Shown one piece after another: positions 1-15,295 of a stretch of 64,000 bases of DNA. The stretch's first letter is position 1. Every line of letters starts with the position of its first letter. The stretch covers positions 10,272,001-10,336,000 of the forward strand of contig CP068257.2 of the NCBI GenBank assembly GCA_009914755.4. The letters are read 5' to 3'. A program made the translations under genes and the position numbers. The notes below the pieces were generated by a model. The model was not told the DNA's origin, did no database searches, and saw only the letters and a program-made list of their open reading frames with translations. Source of the DNA: the human T2T-CHM13v2.0 reference genome, Homo sapiens.

Positions 1-2435
1 TACCATTCTGATCTATTCCCTTCCTCTTCACTCCACTCTATTCCATTCCATTCCATTCCATGCCATTCAATTCCATGCCATTCCATTCCACTGCACTCCG
101 ATTAACTCCATACAACTCCATTCCATTCCACTCCATAACACTCCATTCTGTTCTGTTCCATTTTGTTTCATTCCATTCCATTCCATCCCGTTCCATTCCA
201 TTCTATTCCACTCCATGGCATTCCATTCCACTCCATTCCATTCTACTCCACTCCACTCCACTCCACTGCTTTCCATTCCACTCGACTCCCCTCAACTCTG
301 TTCCATTCCGTCCCGTTCCATTCTCTTCCTTTCCATTCCATTCCACTCCATTCCATTCTTCTCCTCTCCATTCCACTCCACTCCATTTCACTCCATTACA
401 ATCCATTTCATTCCACACCACTCCTCTCAACTCCATTCCTTTCCATTCAATTCCTCTCCACTCCTTTCCATTCCATTCCATTCCATTTCATTCCACTGCA
501 CTCAGATCCACTGCCCTCAACTCCATTCCACTCCACTCCATTCCATTTAATTCCTCTGCACTCAAATCCACTGCACTCAACTCCACTCCACTCTGTTCCC
601 TTCCATTCCATTCCATTGCATTCCATTCTGTTCCAATTAATTCCATTCCATGCCACTCCACTGCATTCCACTCCATTCCACTCCACTCCACTCCACTCCA
701 TTCCACTATAATCAATTCCATTCCACTGCACTCTGATCCACTCCAATGAACTCCACTCCACTCCATTCATGTCCTTTCCACTCCGTTCTGTTCCCTTCCA
801 TTCCATTATGTTCCACTCCATTCCATTCCACTCCATTGCATCCCACTCCATTCCACTCCACTCAACTTAACTCCATTCCACTCCACTCCACTTAACTCCA
901 TTCCATTCCATTCCATTCCATTCTTTTCCAATCCACTCCATGCCATTCAACTCCACTGCATTCCATTCCATTTGACTGCACTCCATTCTATTCCATTCCA
1001 TTTTGTTCCATTCCACTGTCCTCCAATCCACTCCACTCAACTGCACTCCACTCCGCTCCACTCCATTCCATTCCATTCCATTCCATTTCATTCCACTCCT
1101 TTCCATTCCATTGCACTAAATTCCTTTCCATTCCACACCACTCCATTGCATTCCATTCCACACCATTCCATTTCATTCCACTCCATTCCATTGCATTCCA
1201 CTAGATTCAATTACATTCCACTCCACTCAACTCCACTCCACTCTACTCAGTTCCGTTCTGTTACATTCCATTCTGTTCTTTTCCATTCCATTCCATTCCC
1301 TTCCGCTCCACTTTATTCCATTCCACTCTATTCCATTCCACTCCCCTCCACTCCACTCCGCTCCACTCCACTCAACTCCATTCCACTCCACTCCACTCTA
1401 CTCCAATTTGTTCCATTCCGTTCCTTTCCATTCTGTTCCATTGCGTTCCATTCCACTCCATTCCATTCCACTCCACTCCACTCCATTTTACTAAATTCCA
1501 CTTCATTCATCTCCACTCCACTCCACTCCATTACATTCCATTTCATTGCACTCCACTCCATTCCATTCCATTCCTTTCCATTCCATTCAATTCCATGCCA
1601 CTCCACTGCACTCCAATCCACTCCACTCAAATCCATTCCACTCCACTCCATTCTGTTCTGTTTCATTCCATTGCTTTCCATTCCATTCCTTTCCATTCCA
1701 TTCAATTTCATTTCATTCCACTGCATTCCATTCCACTCCATTACACTCCACTCCACTCCACTCGAATCCACTCCACTCCACTCCATTCCACTACACTACA
1801 CTCCATTCCATTCCATTCCATTCCACTGCAACTCCGATTCACTCCACTCCATTCCACTACACTACACTCCATTCCATTCCATTCCATTCCATTCCACTGC
1901 AACTCCGATTCACTCCACTGAATTCCAATCCACTTCACTCCATTGCATTCAATTCAATGCCACCCCACTCCTTTCCATTCAATTTATTTCCATTCCATTC
2001 CGTTCCACTGCACTCCGATTAGCTCCGCTAAACTCCACTCCACTCCACTCCTCCCCGTTCCTTTCTGTTCCATTCCATTCCATTCCATTCCAATCCGTAC
2101 AATTCCATTCCATTCCACACCACTCAATTCCATACAACTCCATAGCACTCCACTCCACTCCAACTCACTCCAATCGACTCCACTCAACTCCACTCCTCTC
2201 CACTCCACTGCACTCCATTCCACTCTGATCCCCTCCAGTCCACTCCACTCCATTCCATTCTGTTCCATTCCATTTCCTTTCGTTCTGTTCCATTCATCTC
2301 CATTCCATTCCTTTCCATCCCACTCGATTCCACTCCACTAAATTCCACTCCACTCTATTCCACTCCACTCCACTCCATATCACTCCATTCCATTTCACTC
2401 CACTTCATTACATTCTACTCCATTCCATTCAATTC

Positions 2436-2512
2436 CTTTATTTCCACTGGATGTCACTCTGTCACTCAAACTGGAGTGCAGTGGCACAATCTTAGCTCAC
2501 ATTTCATTTCAC
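2436..2512 (-). repeat. Alu 3'-end-derived segment (copy 1 of 26) embedded in HSat3
   Basis: ctttatttccactggatgtcactctgtcactcaaactggagtgcagtggcacaatcttagctcacatttcatttcac aligns to the antisense Alu 3' end (TTTTTTGAGACGGAGTCTCGCTCTGTCGCCCAGGCTGGAGTGCAGTGGCGCGATCTCGGCTCAC). CpGs have decayed to CA/TG. Confidence 0.85.
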
Positions 2513-4802
2513 AATTCCATTCCATTCCATTCCATTTCATTCCATTCCTTTCCATTCCATTCCATTCCTTTCCATTCCATTCCACTCTCTTCAACTCCAA
2601 TCCACTACACTCCATTCCACTTCTCTGCATCCCACTCCAGTACACTGGAATCCACTCCAATCCACTCCACTCCATTCCACTACCCTCTACTCCATTCCAT
2701 TCCACTCCATACCACTTCATAACAATCCACTCCAATCCTTTCCACTCCACTCCACTCAATTCCACTGCAATCCACTCCAATCCATTCCATTCCATTCCAA
2801 TCCACTCCATTCCATTCCATTGCATTCCCTTCCAATCCACTCTACTCCATTCAATTTCGTTCCCCTCCAATCCTCTCCACTCCACTCCATTCCACTCAAT
2901 TCCATTCCACTCCACTCAATTCCATTCCATTCTACTCCATTCCACTCCACGCTACTCCACTCCACTCCACTACACTCCACTTAATTTTATTCCATTCCAT
3001 TCCATTCCATTCCATTCCATTCCATTCCATACCATTCCACTCCACTCCACTCCAATCCAATCCGTTCCATTCCACTGCACTCTGATCCACTCCACTCAAC
3101 TCCACTCCATTCCACTTCATTCCATTTGATTCATTGCCACACCCCTCCTTTCCATTCTATTCCATTCCATTCCATTCCATTCCACTGCACTCCTATCCAC
3201 TCCACTCAACTCCCCTCCACTCCACTATTTTCCATTCCATTCCATTCCATTCCATTCCTTTCCATTCCATTCATTTCCATTCCATTCCACGCCACTCCAT
3301 TCCATTCAACTCCATTGAACTCCAATCCACTAAACTCCAATCCAATCCACTCCACTCCACTCCACTACGTTCCACTCCACTACACTCCACTACACTCCAC
3401 TACTCTCCACTCTGTTCCATTCCGTTCCTTTCCATTCCATTCTGTTCTGTTCTGTTACATTCCACTCCATTCCATTCCATTCCACTCCAATGCACTCCAA
3501 TCCATTTCACTGCATTCAACTCCATTCCACTCCACTCCAATCCACTTCACTCCATTCCATTCCGCTCCTTTGCATTCCATTCCACTCCATTCTATTCCAT
3601 TCCATTCCACTCCATTCAACTCCATTCACCTCCACTTCCTTTCTCTCCATTCTGTTCCACTACACTACACTCAATTCCCTTCCATTCCATTCCATTCCAC
3701 TCCATTTCTTTCCATTCCATTCCACTCCATACCACTCCATTCCATTCTATTTCATTCCATTCCACTGTACTCCAATCCACACCACTTGACTCCACTGCAA
3801 TCCACCCCAGTCCGTTCCATTTCGTTTCACTCCTTTCCCTTCCATTCCTCTCTATTCCATTCCACTCCACTCCAATCCAATCCACTCCACTCCTTTCCAT
3901 ACCACTCCATTCCATTCTAGTCCACTCCAATCACTCCATTCCATTGCATTCCACCCCATGCCACTCCATTCCACTCCACTCCATGCCACTGCACTCCATT
4001 CCATTCCAGTCCTCTCCATTACACTCCATTCCATTCCATTCCATTCTATTCTATTCCATTCCATTCCATTCCATTCCATTCCATTCCATTCCATTCCATT
4101 CTACTCTAGTCGGGTTGATTCCTTTCCTTTCACTTCCATTCCATTCCACTCCATTCCATTGTACTCCACCCCATTCCACTCCATTCCATTCCACTCCACT
4201 CCATTCCATTTCATTCCATTCCATTCCATTCCACTGCACTTCCTTCTACTCCACTCAACTCCACTACACACCACTCCATTCAATTTTGTTCCATTCCATT
4301 CCGTTCCATTCCACTTCATTCCACTCCACTACACTCAATTTTACTCCGCTCCATTTCACTCCATTCCACTCCATTCCACTCCACTCCACTCCATTCCATT
4401 CCACTCCACTCCATTCCACTCCTTTCCATTCCATTCCATTCCATTCCATTCCGTTCCATTCCACTCCATTCCACTCTGTTCCATTCCATTCCACTCCATT
4501 CCACTCTGTTCCATTCCATTCCCTTCCACTGCACTCCTATCCACTCGACTCAACTCCACTCCACTGCACTCCACTCCGTTCCACTCCCTTCAATTCCATT
4601 CCGTTGCGTTCCATTCCATTCCATTCCATTCCATTCCACTCCAATCCATTGCATTCCACACCATTCCACTCCACTCCTTTCCCTTCCACTCCTTTCAACT
4701 CCTTTCCACTCCATTCTATTCCATTCCTTTCCACTCCTTTCCATTCCATTCCATTACACTCCACTCCATTCCATTCCATTCCACTCCATTCAATTTGATT
4801 CC

Positions 4803-4878
4803 TGTATTTCGGGTGGATCTCACTCTGTCACACAGAGATTAGTGCAATATCACAATCTTAGCTCACATTTCATTTCAC
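4803..4878 (-). repeat. Alu 3'-end-derived segment (copy 2), most diverged copy
   Basis: tgtatttcgggtggatctcactctgtcacacagagattagtgcaatatcacaatcttagctcacatttcatttcac. Same truncation points as the other copies. Confidence 0.75.
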
Positions 4879-5538
4879 CATTCCATTCAACACCACTCCA
4901 TTACATTCTACTGCACTCTATTCCACTCCACTCCACTCCATTTAACTCCACTCCACTCCACTCCATTCCATTCCATTCCATTCTATTTAATTCCACTGCA
5001 CTCTGATACACTCCACTCAACTCCACTCTACTCCACTCCACTACACTACGTTCCATTCCATTCATTTTCCTTCCGTTCCATTCTGTTCCACTCCAGTCCA
5101 TTACATTCCACTCCACTCCTTTCCAGTCCATTCCATTCCATTCCACTCGACTCCACTCCACTCCACTTCTTTCCATTAAATTCCATTCCATTCCACTGCA
5201 CTCTGATCCACTCCACTCATTTCCACTCCATTTCACTCCACTCTGTTCCGTTCCATTCCAATCTCTTCCATTCCAGTCCATTCCATTCCATTCCACTGAA
5301 TTCTGCTCCATTCCACTCAATTCCATTGCACTCCGTTCCACTCCATTCCACTCTATGTTATTCCAGTCCATTCCTCTCCTTTCCATTCCCTTTCTGTCCA
5401 CTGCATTCAACTCCAGTCCACTCCACTCCATTCCACTCCTCTCCACTCCATTCCACTGCATTCCACTCCACTCCATTCCACTCCTCTCCACTCCATTCCA
5501 CTCCATTCCATTGCAATCCCCTCCATTCCATTCCGTTC

Positions 5539-5617
5539 CTTTATATCGAATGGATCTCACTCTGTAACTCAGACTTAAGTGCAGTGGCACAATCTTAGCT
5601 CACATTTTATTTCACCA
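5539..5617 (-). repeat. Alu 3'-end-derived segment (copy 3)
   Basis: ctttatatcgaatggatctcactctgtaactcagacttaagtgcagtggcacaatcttagctcacattttatttcac. Confidence 0.85.
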
Positions 5618-6184
5618 TTCCATTCCATTCCATTCCATTCCATTCCATTCCATTCCACTCTACTCCATTCAATTCCACTCCATTCCACTCCATGCCACTC
5701 CACTCCTCTTCACTCCACTCCATTCCACTCCATTCCATTCCATTCCACTGAACTCCAATCCACACCACTCAACTCCACTTGACTCCACTCTACTCCATTC
5801 CATTCCGTTTCATTCCTTTCCATTCCATTCATTTCCATTCCACTCCTTTATATTCCGCTCCACTCCATTCTACTCCACTCCACTCCATTCTACTCCACTC
5901 CTCTCCATTCCATTCCATTTCTCTCCACTCCACTTCATTCCGTGCTATTCCATTCCATTCCATTCCATTCCTTTCCCCTTCACTCCATTCCATTCCACTC
6001 CACTCCACACCACTTTACTCCGTTACCTTCCTTTCCATTCAATTCCGTTCCACTCCGTTCCATTCCGTTCAATTCTATTCCGTTCCACTCTACTCCAGTC
6101 CACTCCATTCCGTTTCACTCCATTCCGCTCCATTCCATTCCACTCCACTCCACTCCATTTCATTCTACTCCATTCCATTCCATT

Positions 6185-6262
6185 CCTTTATTTATAATGG
6201 ATCTCACTCTGTCAGCCAGACTGGAGTGCAGTGGCACAATCTTAGCTCACATTTCATTTCAC
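6185..6262 (-). repeat. Alu 3'-end-derived segment (copy 4)
   Basis: cctttatttataatggatctcactctgtcagccagactggagtgcagtggcacaatcttagctcacatttcatttcac. Confidence 0.85.
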
Positions 6263-9200
6263 CATTCCACTCCATTCCATTCCATTCCTTTCCATTCCAT
6301 TCAATCCACGTCACTCCACTCCATTCCATTCCACTCCACTTCACTCCGCTCCACTCAACTCTGCTGCACTCCTTTCCATTCCCATCCACTCCATTCCGTT
6401 CCACTCCATTCCATTCCACTCCACTCCACTCCATTCTATTCCAATCCTTTCTATACAAGTACATTCCACTCCAATTCACTCCACTCCACTCCACTCAACT
6501 CCACTGCACTCCTTTCCATTCCCCTCCACTCCATTCCATTCCACTCCATTCCATTCCACTCCACTCCACTCCATTCTATTCCAATCCTTTCTATACCATT
6601 ACATTCCACTCCACTTCTATCCCTTCCAAGTCACTCCACTCCATTCAACTCCACTCCTTTCAATTACATTCAATTCCACTGAACTCCTTTCAATTCCATT
6701 CCATTCATTTCCATTCCATTCCAAACCATTCCATTCATTTCCATTCCATTGCATTCCATTCCATTCCATTCCATTCCACTGCCTTCCACTCCATTCCATT
6801 CCATTCCAATCCACTAAATTCTATTCCACTCCAATCCACTCCATTCCATTCCAATCCAAACCATTCCATTCCTTTTGATTGCATTCCATTCATTCCACTC
6901 CACTCCATTCCATTCCATTTCACTCCATTTCTTTCCATTCCACACCATTTCATTCCATTCCACTCCACTCCACTCCACACCAATCCACTCCACTGCATTC
7001 CATTCAATTCTGTTCCATTCCATTCCACTCCAGTCCTCTCCATTCCATTCCATTTCAATACACTCCGATCCACTGCACTCAACTCCACTCCATTACACTC
7101 TATCCCGTTCCGTTCCGTTCCATTCCATTCCATTCCATTCAGTTCTGTTCCATTATATTCCATTCCACTCCAATCCATTCCACTCCACTCCATTTCACTC
7201 CTTTCCACTCAATTCTACTCCACATCACTCCAGTCCACTCCATTCCATTCCATTCCATTCCACTCCACTCCACTTCATTCCATTCCATTCAATATTGTTC
7301 CATTCCATTCCACTGCACTCCGATTCACTGCATTGAACTCCAATCCACTCCACTCCACTTGGTTCTGTTCCGTTCTATTCCATTCCATTCCATTCCATTC
7401 CATTCCATTTAATTCCATTCCATTCCACTCCACTCCAGTCCACTCCACTCCACTCCATTCCTCTCCACTCCACTCCATTCCACTTCATTCCTTTCCATTC
7501 CACTGCACTCCAATCCTCTCAACTCCACTCCACCCCACTCTGCTACGTTCCGTTAGTTTCCATTCCATTCTGTTCCATTCCATTCCACCCCATTCCATTC
7601 CACTCCACTCCATCCCACTCCATTTCACTTCACTCCACTCCACTGCACTCAACTCCCCTCCATTCCATACGACTCATTTCCATTCATTTCCACTCCACTC
7701 CATTCCTCTCCATTCCACTCCATTCCACTCCACTCCACTCTACTCCTCTCCATTCCACTCCTCTCCATTCCATTTCATTCCACTCCTCTCTATTCCATTC
7801 CACTCCATTCCATTTCACTCCACTGTACTCCATTCTACGCCACTCCACTCCACTCCATTCCATTCCATTCTACTCCACTCCATTCCATTCCACTTCACTC
7901 CACTCCACTCTATTCCATTCCATTCCACTCCACTCCACTCCATTCCATTCCACTCCACTCTACTCCATTCCATTCCATTACATACCATTCCGTTGCATTC
8001 CATTCCACTTCACTCCACTCCATTCCATTCCATTCCATTCCGTTCCATTCCACTGCACTCCAATTAATTCCACACAACTCCACTCCATTCCACTCCACTG
8101 CACTCCATTCTGTTCTGTTCTATTCTATACCGTGCCATTCCATTCCATTCTATTCCATTCCATTCTATTACACTTCACTGCATTCCATTCCACTCCATTC
8201 CATTCTACTCCAATCCACTCCACTCCACTGCATTCCAGTCCACTTGACTCCACTCCACTTCATTGCATTCCATCCCGTTCCATTCTGTTACTTTCCATTC
8301 CATTCCACTCCACTCCATTTCACTCCATTACACTCCATTCAACTTCACACCACCCAACTCAACTCCACTCCTTTCCATTCAATTCCTCTCCACTCCATTC
8401 CAGTCCATTCCACTGCACTCAGATCCACTGAACGCAACTCCACTCCACTCCACTCTGTTCTGTTCCGTTCCATTCCATTCCATTCCATTCCATTTAATTC
8501 CATTCCATTCCACTCCACTGCATTCCACTCCATTCCATTCCACTCCACTCCTCTCCATTCCACTCCAATCACTTCCATTTCACTGCACTCTGATCCACTC
8601 CAATCAACTCCACTCCATTCCAATCAACTCCACTCCACTCCATTCATGTCCATTCCACTCCGTTTTTTCCCTTCCGTTCCATTGTGTTCCACTCCGTTCC
8701 ATTCCACTCCACTGCATTCCACTCCATTCCTCTCCATTTCACTTCACTCAGCTCCACTTCATTCCATTCCACTCCTCTTCATTCTACTCCATTTCATTCC
8801 ACTCCACTCCACTCCATTCCATTCTACTTCACTCCATTCCATTCAATTCCACTCCACTCCAATCCATTCCATTCCATTCAGTTCCACTCCACTCCATGCC
8901 ATTCCACTACACTCCATTCCCTTCCATTCCATTCCATTCCATTCCATTCCATTCCATTCGAATCCATTCCATTCCATTCCTTTCCATTCCACTGTCCTCC
9001 AATCCACTCCACTCAACTCCACTACACTCCACTACACTCCGTTACATTCCTTTCCATTCCATTCCTTTCCATTGCATTCCACTAAATTCCATTCCATTCC
9101 CCACCTCTACATTGCATTCCATTCCACATCATTCCGTTTCATTCCACTACATTCCATTTCATACCACTAGATTCCATTACATTCCACTACACTCAACTCC

Positions 9201-10287
9201 ACTGCACTCCACTCCACTCCACTCAGTTACATTCCATTCCATTGCATTCTGTTCCTTTCCATTCCAATTCATTCCATTCCAATGCTTTCCACTCCACTCC
9301 ATTCCATTCCACTCCATTCCATTCCTCTCCCCTCCACTCCACTCCTCTCCACTCCAGTCCACTCCACTCTACTGTACTACACTTTGTTCCATTCCGTTCC
9401 TTTCTGTTCTGTTCCATTCCGTTCCATTTCACTCCATTCCATTCCATTGCACTCCACTCCATTCCATTCCATTCCTTTGCTTTCCATTCCATGCCATTCC
9501 ACTGCACTCCAATCCACTCCACTCAACTCCACTCTACTCCACTCCACTCTGTTCTGTTCTATTTCACTCCTTTCTGTTGCATTCCATTCCATTTCATTCC
9601 ATTCCATTAAACTCCACTCCATTCCATTCCATTCCACTCCTCTCCACTCCACTCCACTCCACTCAAATCCACTCCACTACACTCCATTCCACTCCACTAC
9701 ACTCCATTGCATTCCATTCCGTTCAATTCTACTTCACTCCCATCCTCTCCACTCAACTCCACTCCACTCCACTCCATTCAATGCCACCCCACTCGTTTCC
9801 ATTCCATTTAATTCCATTCCATTCCATTCCACTGCACTCCGATTAAGTCCACTCAACTCCACTCCTCTCCGTTCCATTCTGTTCCATTCCATTCCGTTCC
9901 ATTCCATTCCAATCCATACAATTCCATGCCATTCCATGCCCTTCCATTCCATGCAATTCCGTAGTACTCCACTCCACTCCAATCCACTCCAAACGACTCC
10001 ACTGAATTCCACTCCTCTCCTCTCCACTCCACTCCATTCCACTCCGATCACCTCCGCTTCACTCCATTCCACTCCGTTCCATTCTGTTCCATTCCATTTC
10101 CTTCGTTCTGTTCCATTCCACTCCATTCCATTCCTTTCCATTCCACTCCATTCCACTCCACTAAATTCCACTCCACTCCATTCCACTCCTCTAAATTCCA
10201 CTCCACTGCATTCCACTCCACTCCACACCATGTCCCTCTATTCCATTGCACTCCACTTCATTCCATTCTACTCCATTCCATTCCACT

Positions 10288-10366
10288 CCTTTATTTCGAC
10301 TGGATGTTACTCTGCCACTCAGACTGGAGTGCAGTAGCATAACCTTAGCTCATATTTCATTTCACA
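10288..10366 (-). repeat. Alu 3'-end-derived segment (copy 5)
   Basis: cctttatttcgactggatgttactctgccactcagactggagtgcagtagcataaccttagctcatatttcatttcac. Confidence 0.85.
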
Positions 10367-12053
10367 ATTCCATTCCGTTCCATTCCATTTCATTCCATTC
10401 CATTCCATTACACGCTCCTCCACTCCATTCCACTCCACTCCATTCCACTCCACTCCACTGGATTCCACTTAAATCCACTCCACTCCATTCCATTACCCTC
10501 TACTCCATTCCATTCCATTCTATTCCACTCCACTCCACTTCAATCCATTCCACTCCAATCCATTCCATTCTGTTCCATTGCATTCCATTCCACTCCTTTC
10601 CACTCCATTCCATTTCATTCCACTCCATTCCTCTCCACTCCACTCCATTCCACTCAATTCCATTCCACTCCCGTCAATTCCATTCCATTCCACTACATTC
10701 CACTCCACTCTACTCCAATCCACTCCACTACACTCAATTTAATTCCATTCCATTCCATTCCTTTCCATTCAATTCCACTCCTCTCCACTGCATTCCATTC
10801 CATTCCATTCCATTCTATTCCATTGCACTCTGATCCACTCCACTCAACTCCACTCCATTCCCCTCCACTTCATTCCATTCGATTCAATGCCACACCACTC
10901 CTTTCCATTCCATTCCACTCCATTCCTTTCCATTCCATTCCATTCCGTTCCATTCCATTCCTTTCCACTGCACTCCTTTCCACTCCACTCCACTCCTCTC
11001 CATTCCGTTCTGTTCCATTCAATTCCATTCCATTGCATTCCATTACATGCTGTTGAATTCCATTCCATTCCATGCCACTCCATTCCCTTCAACTCCATTG
11101 AACTCCTCTCCACTCCACTAAACTCCCATCCACTCCACTCCACTATGTTCCATTCCACTCCACTCCGTTCCATTCTGTTCTGTTCCATTCCATTCCGTTC
11201 TGTTCTGTTCCATTCCACTCCATTCCATTCCATTCTACTCCAATCCATTTCACTCCATTCAACTCCATTCCACTCCACTCCACTTCACTCCATTACATTC
11301 TGCTCCATTCCATTCCATTCCACTCCATTCTATTCCATTCCATGTCACTCTGTTCAACTCCATTCAGCTCCACTTCATTTCATTCCACTCCATTCCACTA
11401 CATTACACTCCATTCCCTTCCATGCCATTCCATTCCACTCCAATTCATTCCATTCCATTCCACTCCATTCCACTCCACTCCACTGCACTCCAGTCCACTC
11501 CATTGCATTGTGTTCCATTCCTTTCCACTGCACTTCACTCCACTCGACTCCACTCCATTCTGTTCCATTCCATTCCATTCCACTGCACTCTAGTCGACTT
11601 CATTGCATTGTGTTCTATTCCTTTCCACTGCACTCCAATCCACTCCACTCGACTCCACTCCACTCCACTCCGTTCCATTCCATTCCATTCCTTTCCCTTC
11701 CATTCCTCTCCATTCCATTCCACTCTAATCCACTCCACTCCATGCTTTTCCATTCCACTCTCTTCCATTCTATTCCATTCCATTCCATTCCATTCCATTC
11801 CACCCCATTCCAATCCACTCCATTCCACTGCAATCCATTCCATTCCACTCCACTCCATTACACTCCATTCCATTCCATTCCATTCCATTCCATTCCATTC
11901 CACTCCACTCCACTCCATTCCATTCCACTCCATTCCATTCCATTCAACTCCACTACATTCCACTCCACTCCTTTCCACTGCACCCACTCCATTCCACTCC
12001 ATTCCATTCCACTCCACTCCATTCCATTACATTTTATTCCACTGCATTCCATT

Positions 12054-12130
12054 CCTTTATTTCGACTGGATCTCACTCTGTCACCGAAATGGAGTGCAGT
12101 TGCACAAACTTAGCTCACATTTCATGTCAT
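12054..12130 (-). repeat. Alu 3'-end-derived segment (copy 6)
   Basis: cctttatttcgactggatctcactctgtcaccgaaatggagtgcagttgcacaaacttagctcacatttcatgtcat. Confidence 0.85.
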
Positions 12131-12609
12131 CATTCCAATCCGTTCCATTCCATTCCATTCCATTCCATTCCGTTCCATTCCATTCCACTCCACTCCACTC
12201 CATTCCATTACATTCCACTCCACTACACTAAACTCCACTGCCCTCCACTGCAGTCCACTGCATTCCAGTCAACTCCACTCCATTCCACTCCTCTCTGTTC
12301 CATTCCTTTCCATTCCATTCCATTCCTTTCTGTTCCATTCCTCCCCATTTCACTCCATGACATTCCATTCCACTCCAATCCACTCCACTCCACTCCACTC
12401 CATTCCATTAGACTCCATTCTATTCCATTAAACTCAATTCCATTCCATTCCTTTCCACTCCATTCCACTTCATTCTATTCCATTCCAGTGCAGTTCTCTC
12501 CACTCCACTCCATTACACTCCACTCCATTCCTCTCCACTAAACTCCATTTCACTCCTTTGCATTCCACTCCAATGCATTTCATTCCGTTTTAATCCATTC
12601 CATTCCATT

Positions 12610-12690
12610 CCTTTATTTCGACTGGGTCTTACCTTGTCACGCAGACTGGACTGCGGTGGCACAATCTTAGCTCACATTTCATGTTACCTT
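12610..12690 (-). repeat. Alu 3'-end-derived segment (copy 7)
   Basis: cctttatttcgactgggtcttaccttgtcacgcagactggactgcggtggcacaatcttagctcacatttcatgttac. Lies only about 480 bp downstream of copy 6. Confidence 0.85.
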
Positions 12691-14621
12691 TCCATTGTAT
12701 TGCATTCTATTCCATTCTGTTCCTTTCCATTCCATTCCACTTCACTCCTTTCCATTCCATTCCACTGCACTCCACTCAGCTCCACTCCAATGCACTCCAC
12801 TGCATTCCAGTCCACTCCACTCCATTCCATCACACTCTGTTCCATTCCACTCCACTCCCCTCCGTTCCACTCCAGTCCACTCCATGCCATTACACTACAC
12901 ACCACTCCATTCCATTCCATTTCATTCCACTTCAATCCATTCCATTCCACTCCACTACATTCTACTGCGCTCCACTCCTCTCCACTCCATTCCATTCAAT
13001 TGCACCCCATTCCATTCAAATCCACTCCTTTCCATTCCATTCCATTCCACTGCACTCCCATCCACTCGACTCAACTCCACTCCACTGGAGTCCACTCCAT
13101 TCCTTTCCGCTCAATTCCATTCTGTTGCATTCCATTCCATTCTGTTCCATTCCGTTCCATTCCACTCCAATCCATTCCATTCCAAACCATTCCACTCCAC
13201 TCCACCACACTCCACTCCACTCCACTCCACTCCACACCACTCCACCCCACTCTTTTCCATTCTGATCCATTCCATTCCGTTCCATTCCACTTCATTCCAT
13301 TCCACTCCACTCAATTTCACTCCACTTCATTTCACTCCATTCCACTCCATTCCACTCCATTCCACTGCACTCCACTCCACTCCGCTCCACTCCATTCCAT
13401 TCCAACCCATTCCATTCCATTCCACTCCACTCCATTCCATTCCATTCCACTCCACTCCACTCCTCTGCACTCCACTCCTCTCCACTCCATTCCATTCCAT
13501 TCCACTAAATTACATTCCATTCCAGTCCATTCCACTGCACTCCAATCCTTTCAACTCAACTCCACTCCACTCCACTCTGTTCCATTCCCTTCAATTCCAT
13601 TCCATTGCATTCCATTCCATTCCGTTCCTTTCCATTCCATTCCACTCCAATCAATTCCATTCCACACCGTTCCACTCCACTCCACTCTGTTCCATTCCCT
13701 TCAATTCCATTCCGTTCCATTCCATTCCATTCCGTTCCTTTCCACTCTGTTCCATTCCACTCCACTCCATTCCATTCCACTCCATTTCACTCCATTCCAC
13801 TCCTTTCCACTCCACTGCAATCCACTCCACTCCACAGCACTCCACTCCTTTTCATTCCATTTCTTTCCACTGCACTCTGAACCACTCCACTCCACTCCAA
13901 TCCACTCCAATCCAATCTGGTCCACTCTGTTCAGTTCCGTTCCATTCCTTTCCATTCCACTCCATTCCATTACAATCCACTCCATTCCATTTCACTGCAT
14001 TCCATTTCCCTCCACTCCATTCTACTACATTCCATTCCATTCCACTCCATTCCATTCTATTCCATTCCACTCCATTCCACTCCACGCCATTCCACTAAAC
14101 TCCATTTCACTCCATGGCACTTCATTCCACTCCAAGCCACTCCACTCTACCTTATTCCATTCCACTACACTTCATTCCATTCCGTTCATTCTATTCCTTT
14201 CCACTGCCCTCCGATCCACTCCACTGAACTCCACTCTACTCCACTGCGTTCCATTCCATTCTATTCCATTCATTTCCATTTCATTCCATTCTGTTCCATT
14301 CCATTCCATTCCACTCCACTTTATTCCATTACACTCCGTTCCACTCCACTCCAATCCACTCCACTCCATTCCATTCCATTCCATTCCATTCCACTGCACT
14401 CCAATCCACTTCTGAAAACTCCATTACGATGCACTCCACTGCACTCCGTTCCATTCTGTTCCATTCCATTCGACTTCATTCCACTCAACTCCGCTCCATT
14501 CCACTCTACTCCATTCCATTGCATTCAACTCCATTCCATTCCATTCGATTCCACTCCATTCCACTCAATTCAATTCCACTCCACTCCATTCCATTCCACT
14601 CCACTCCATTCCATTCCAATC

Positions 14622-14698
14622 CTTTATTTCAATTGGATCTCACTCTGTCACCCAGACTGGAATGCAGTGGCACAATCATAGCTCACATTTCATTTCAC
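14622..14698 (-). repeat. Alu 3'-end-derived segment (copy 8)
   Basis: cctttatttcaattggatctcactctgtcacccagactggaatgcagtggcacaatcatagctcacatttcatttcac. Confidence 0.85.
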
Positions 14699-15295
14699 CA
14701 TTCCATTCCATTCCACTTCAGTCCACTCCCCTCCACTCAACTCCACACAACTCCACTCCATTCCATTCCAATCCACTTCACTCCATTCCATTCCATTCCA
14801 TTCCATTCCATTCCTCTCCACTCCATTCCATTCCACTCCATTCCACTGCAATCCACTTCACTCCACTTGACTCTACTACATTCCATTCCATTCCACTGCA
14901 CTGTGATCCACTCCACTCAACTCCACTACACTCCACTACTCTACACTCCGTTCCATTCTGTTCCATTCCATTTCATTTTAATCCTTTCCATTCCACGGCA
15001 CTCCATTCCACTCCACTCCATTTCACTCCATTCCACTCCATTCCACTCGACTCAATGGGACTCCATTCCATTCCACTTCATTCCATTCCATTCCACCCCA
15101 TTCCATTCATTTCCTTTCCATTTCATTACACTCCATTCCACTCCATTCCATTCCACTCCACTCCACTCCACTCCACTCCATTCCATTCCATTCCACTGCA
15201 CTCCGATCCACTCCACTCCATTCCATTGCACTCCATTCCATTCTACTCCATTCCGTTCCACTTAACTTCAATCCAGTCCAGTCCACTCTATTCCA

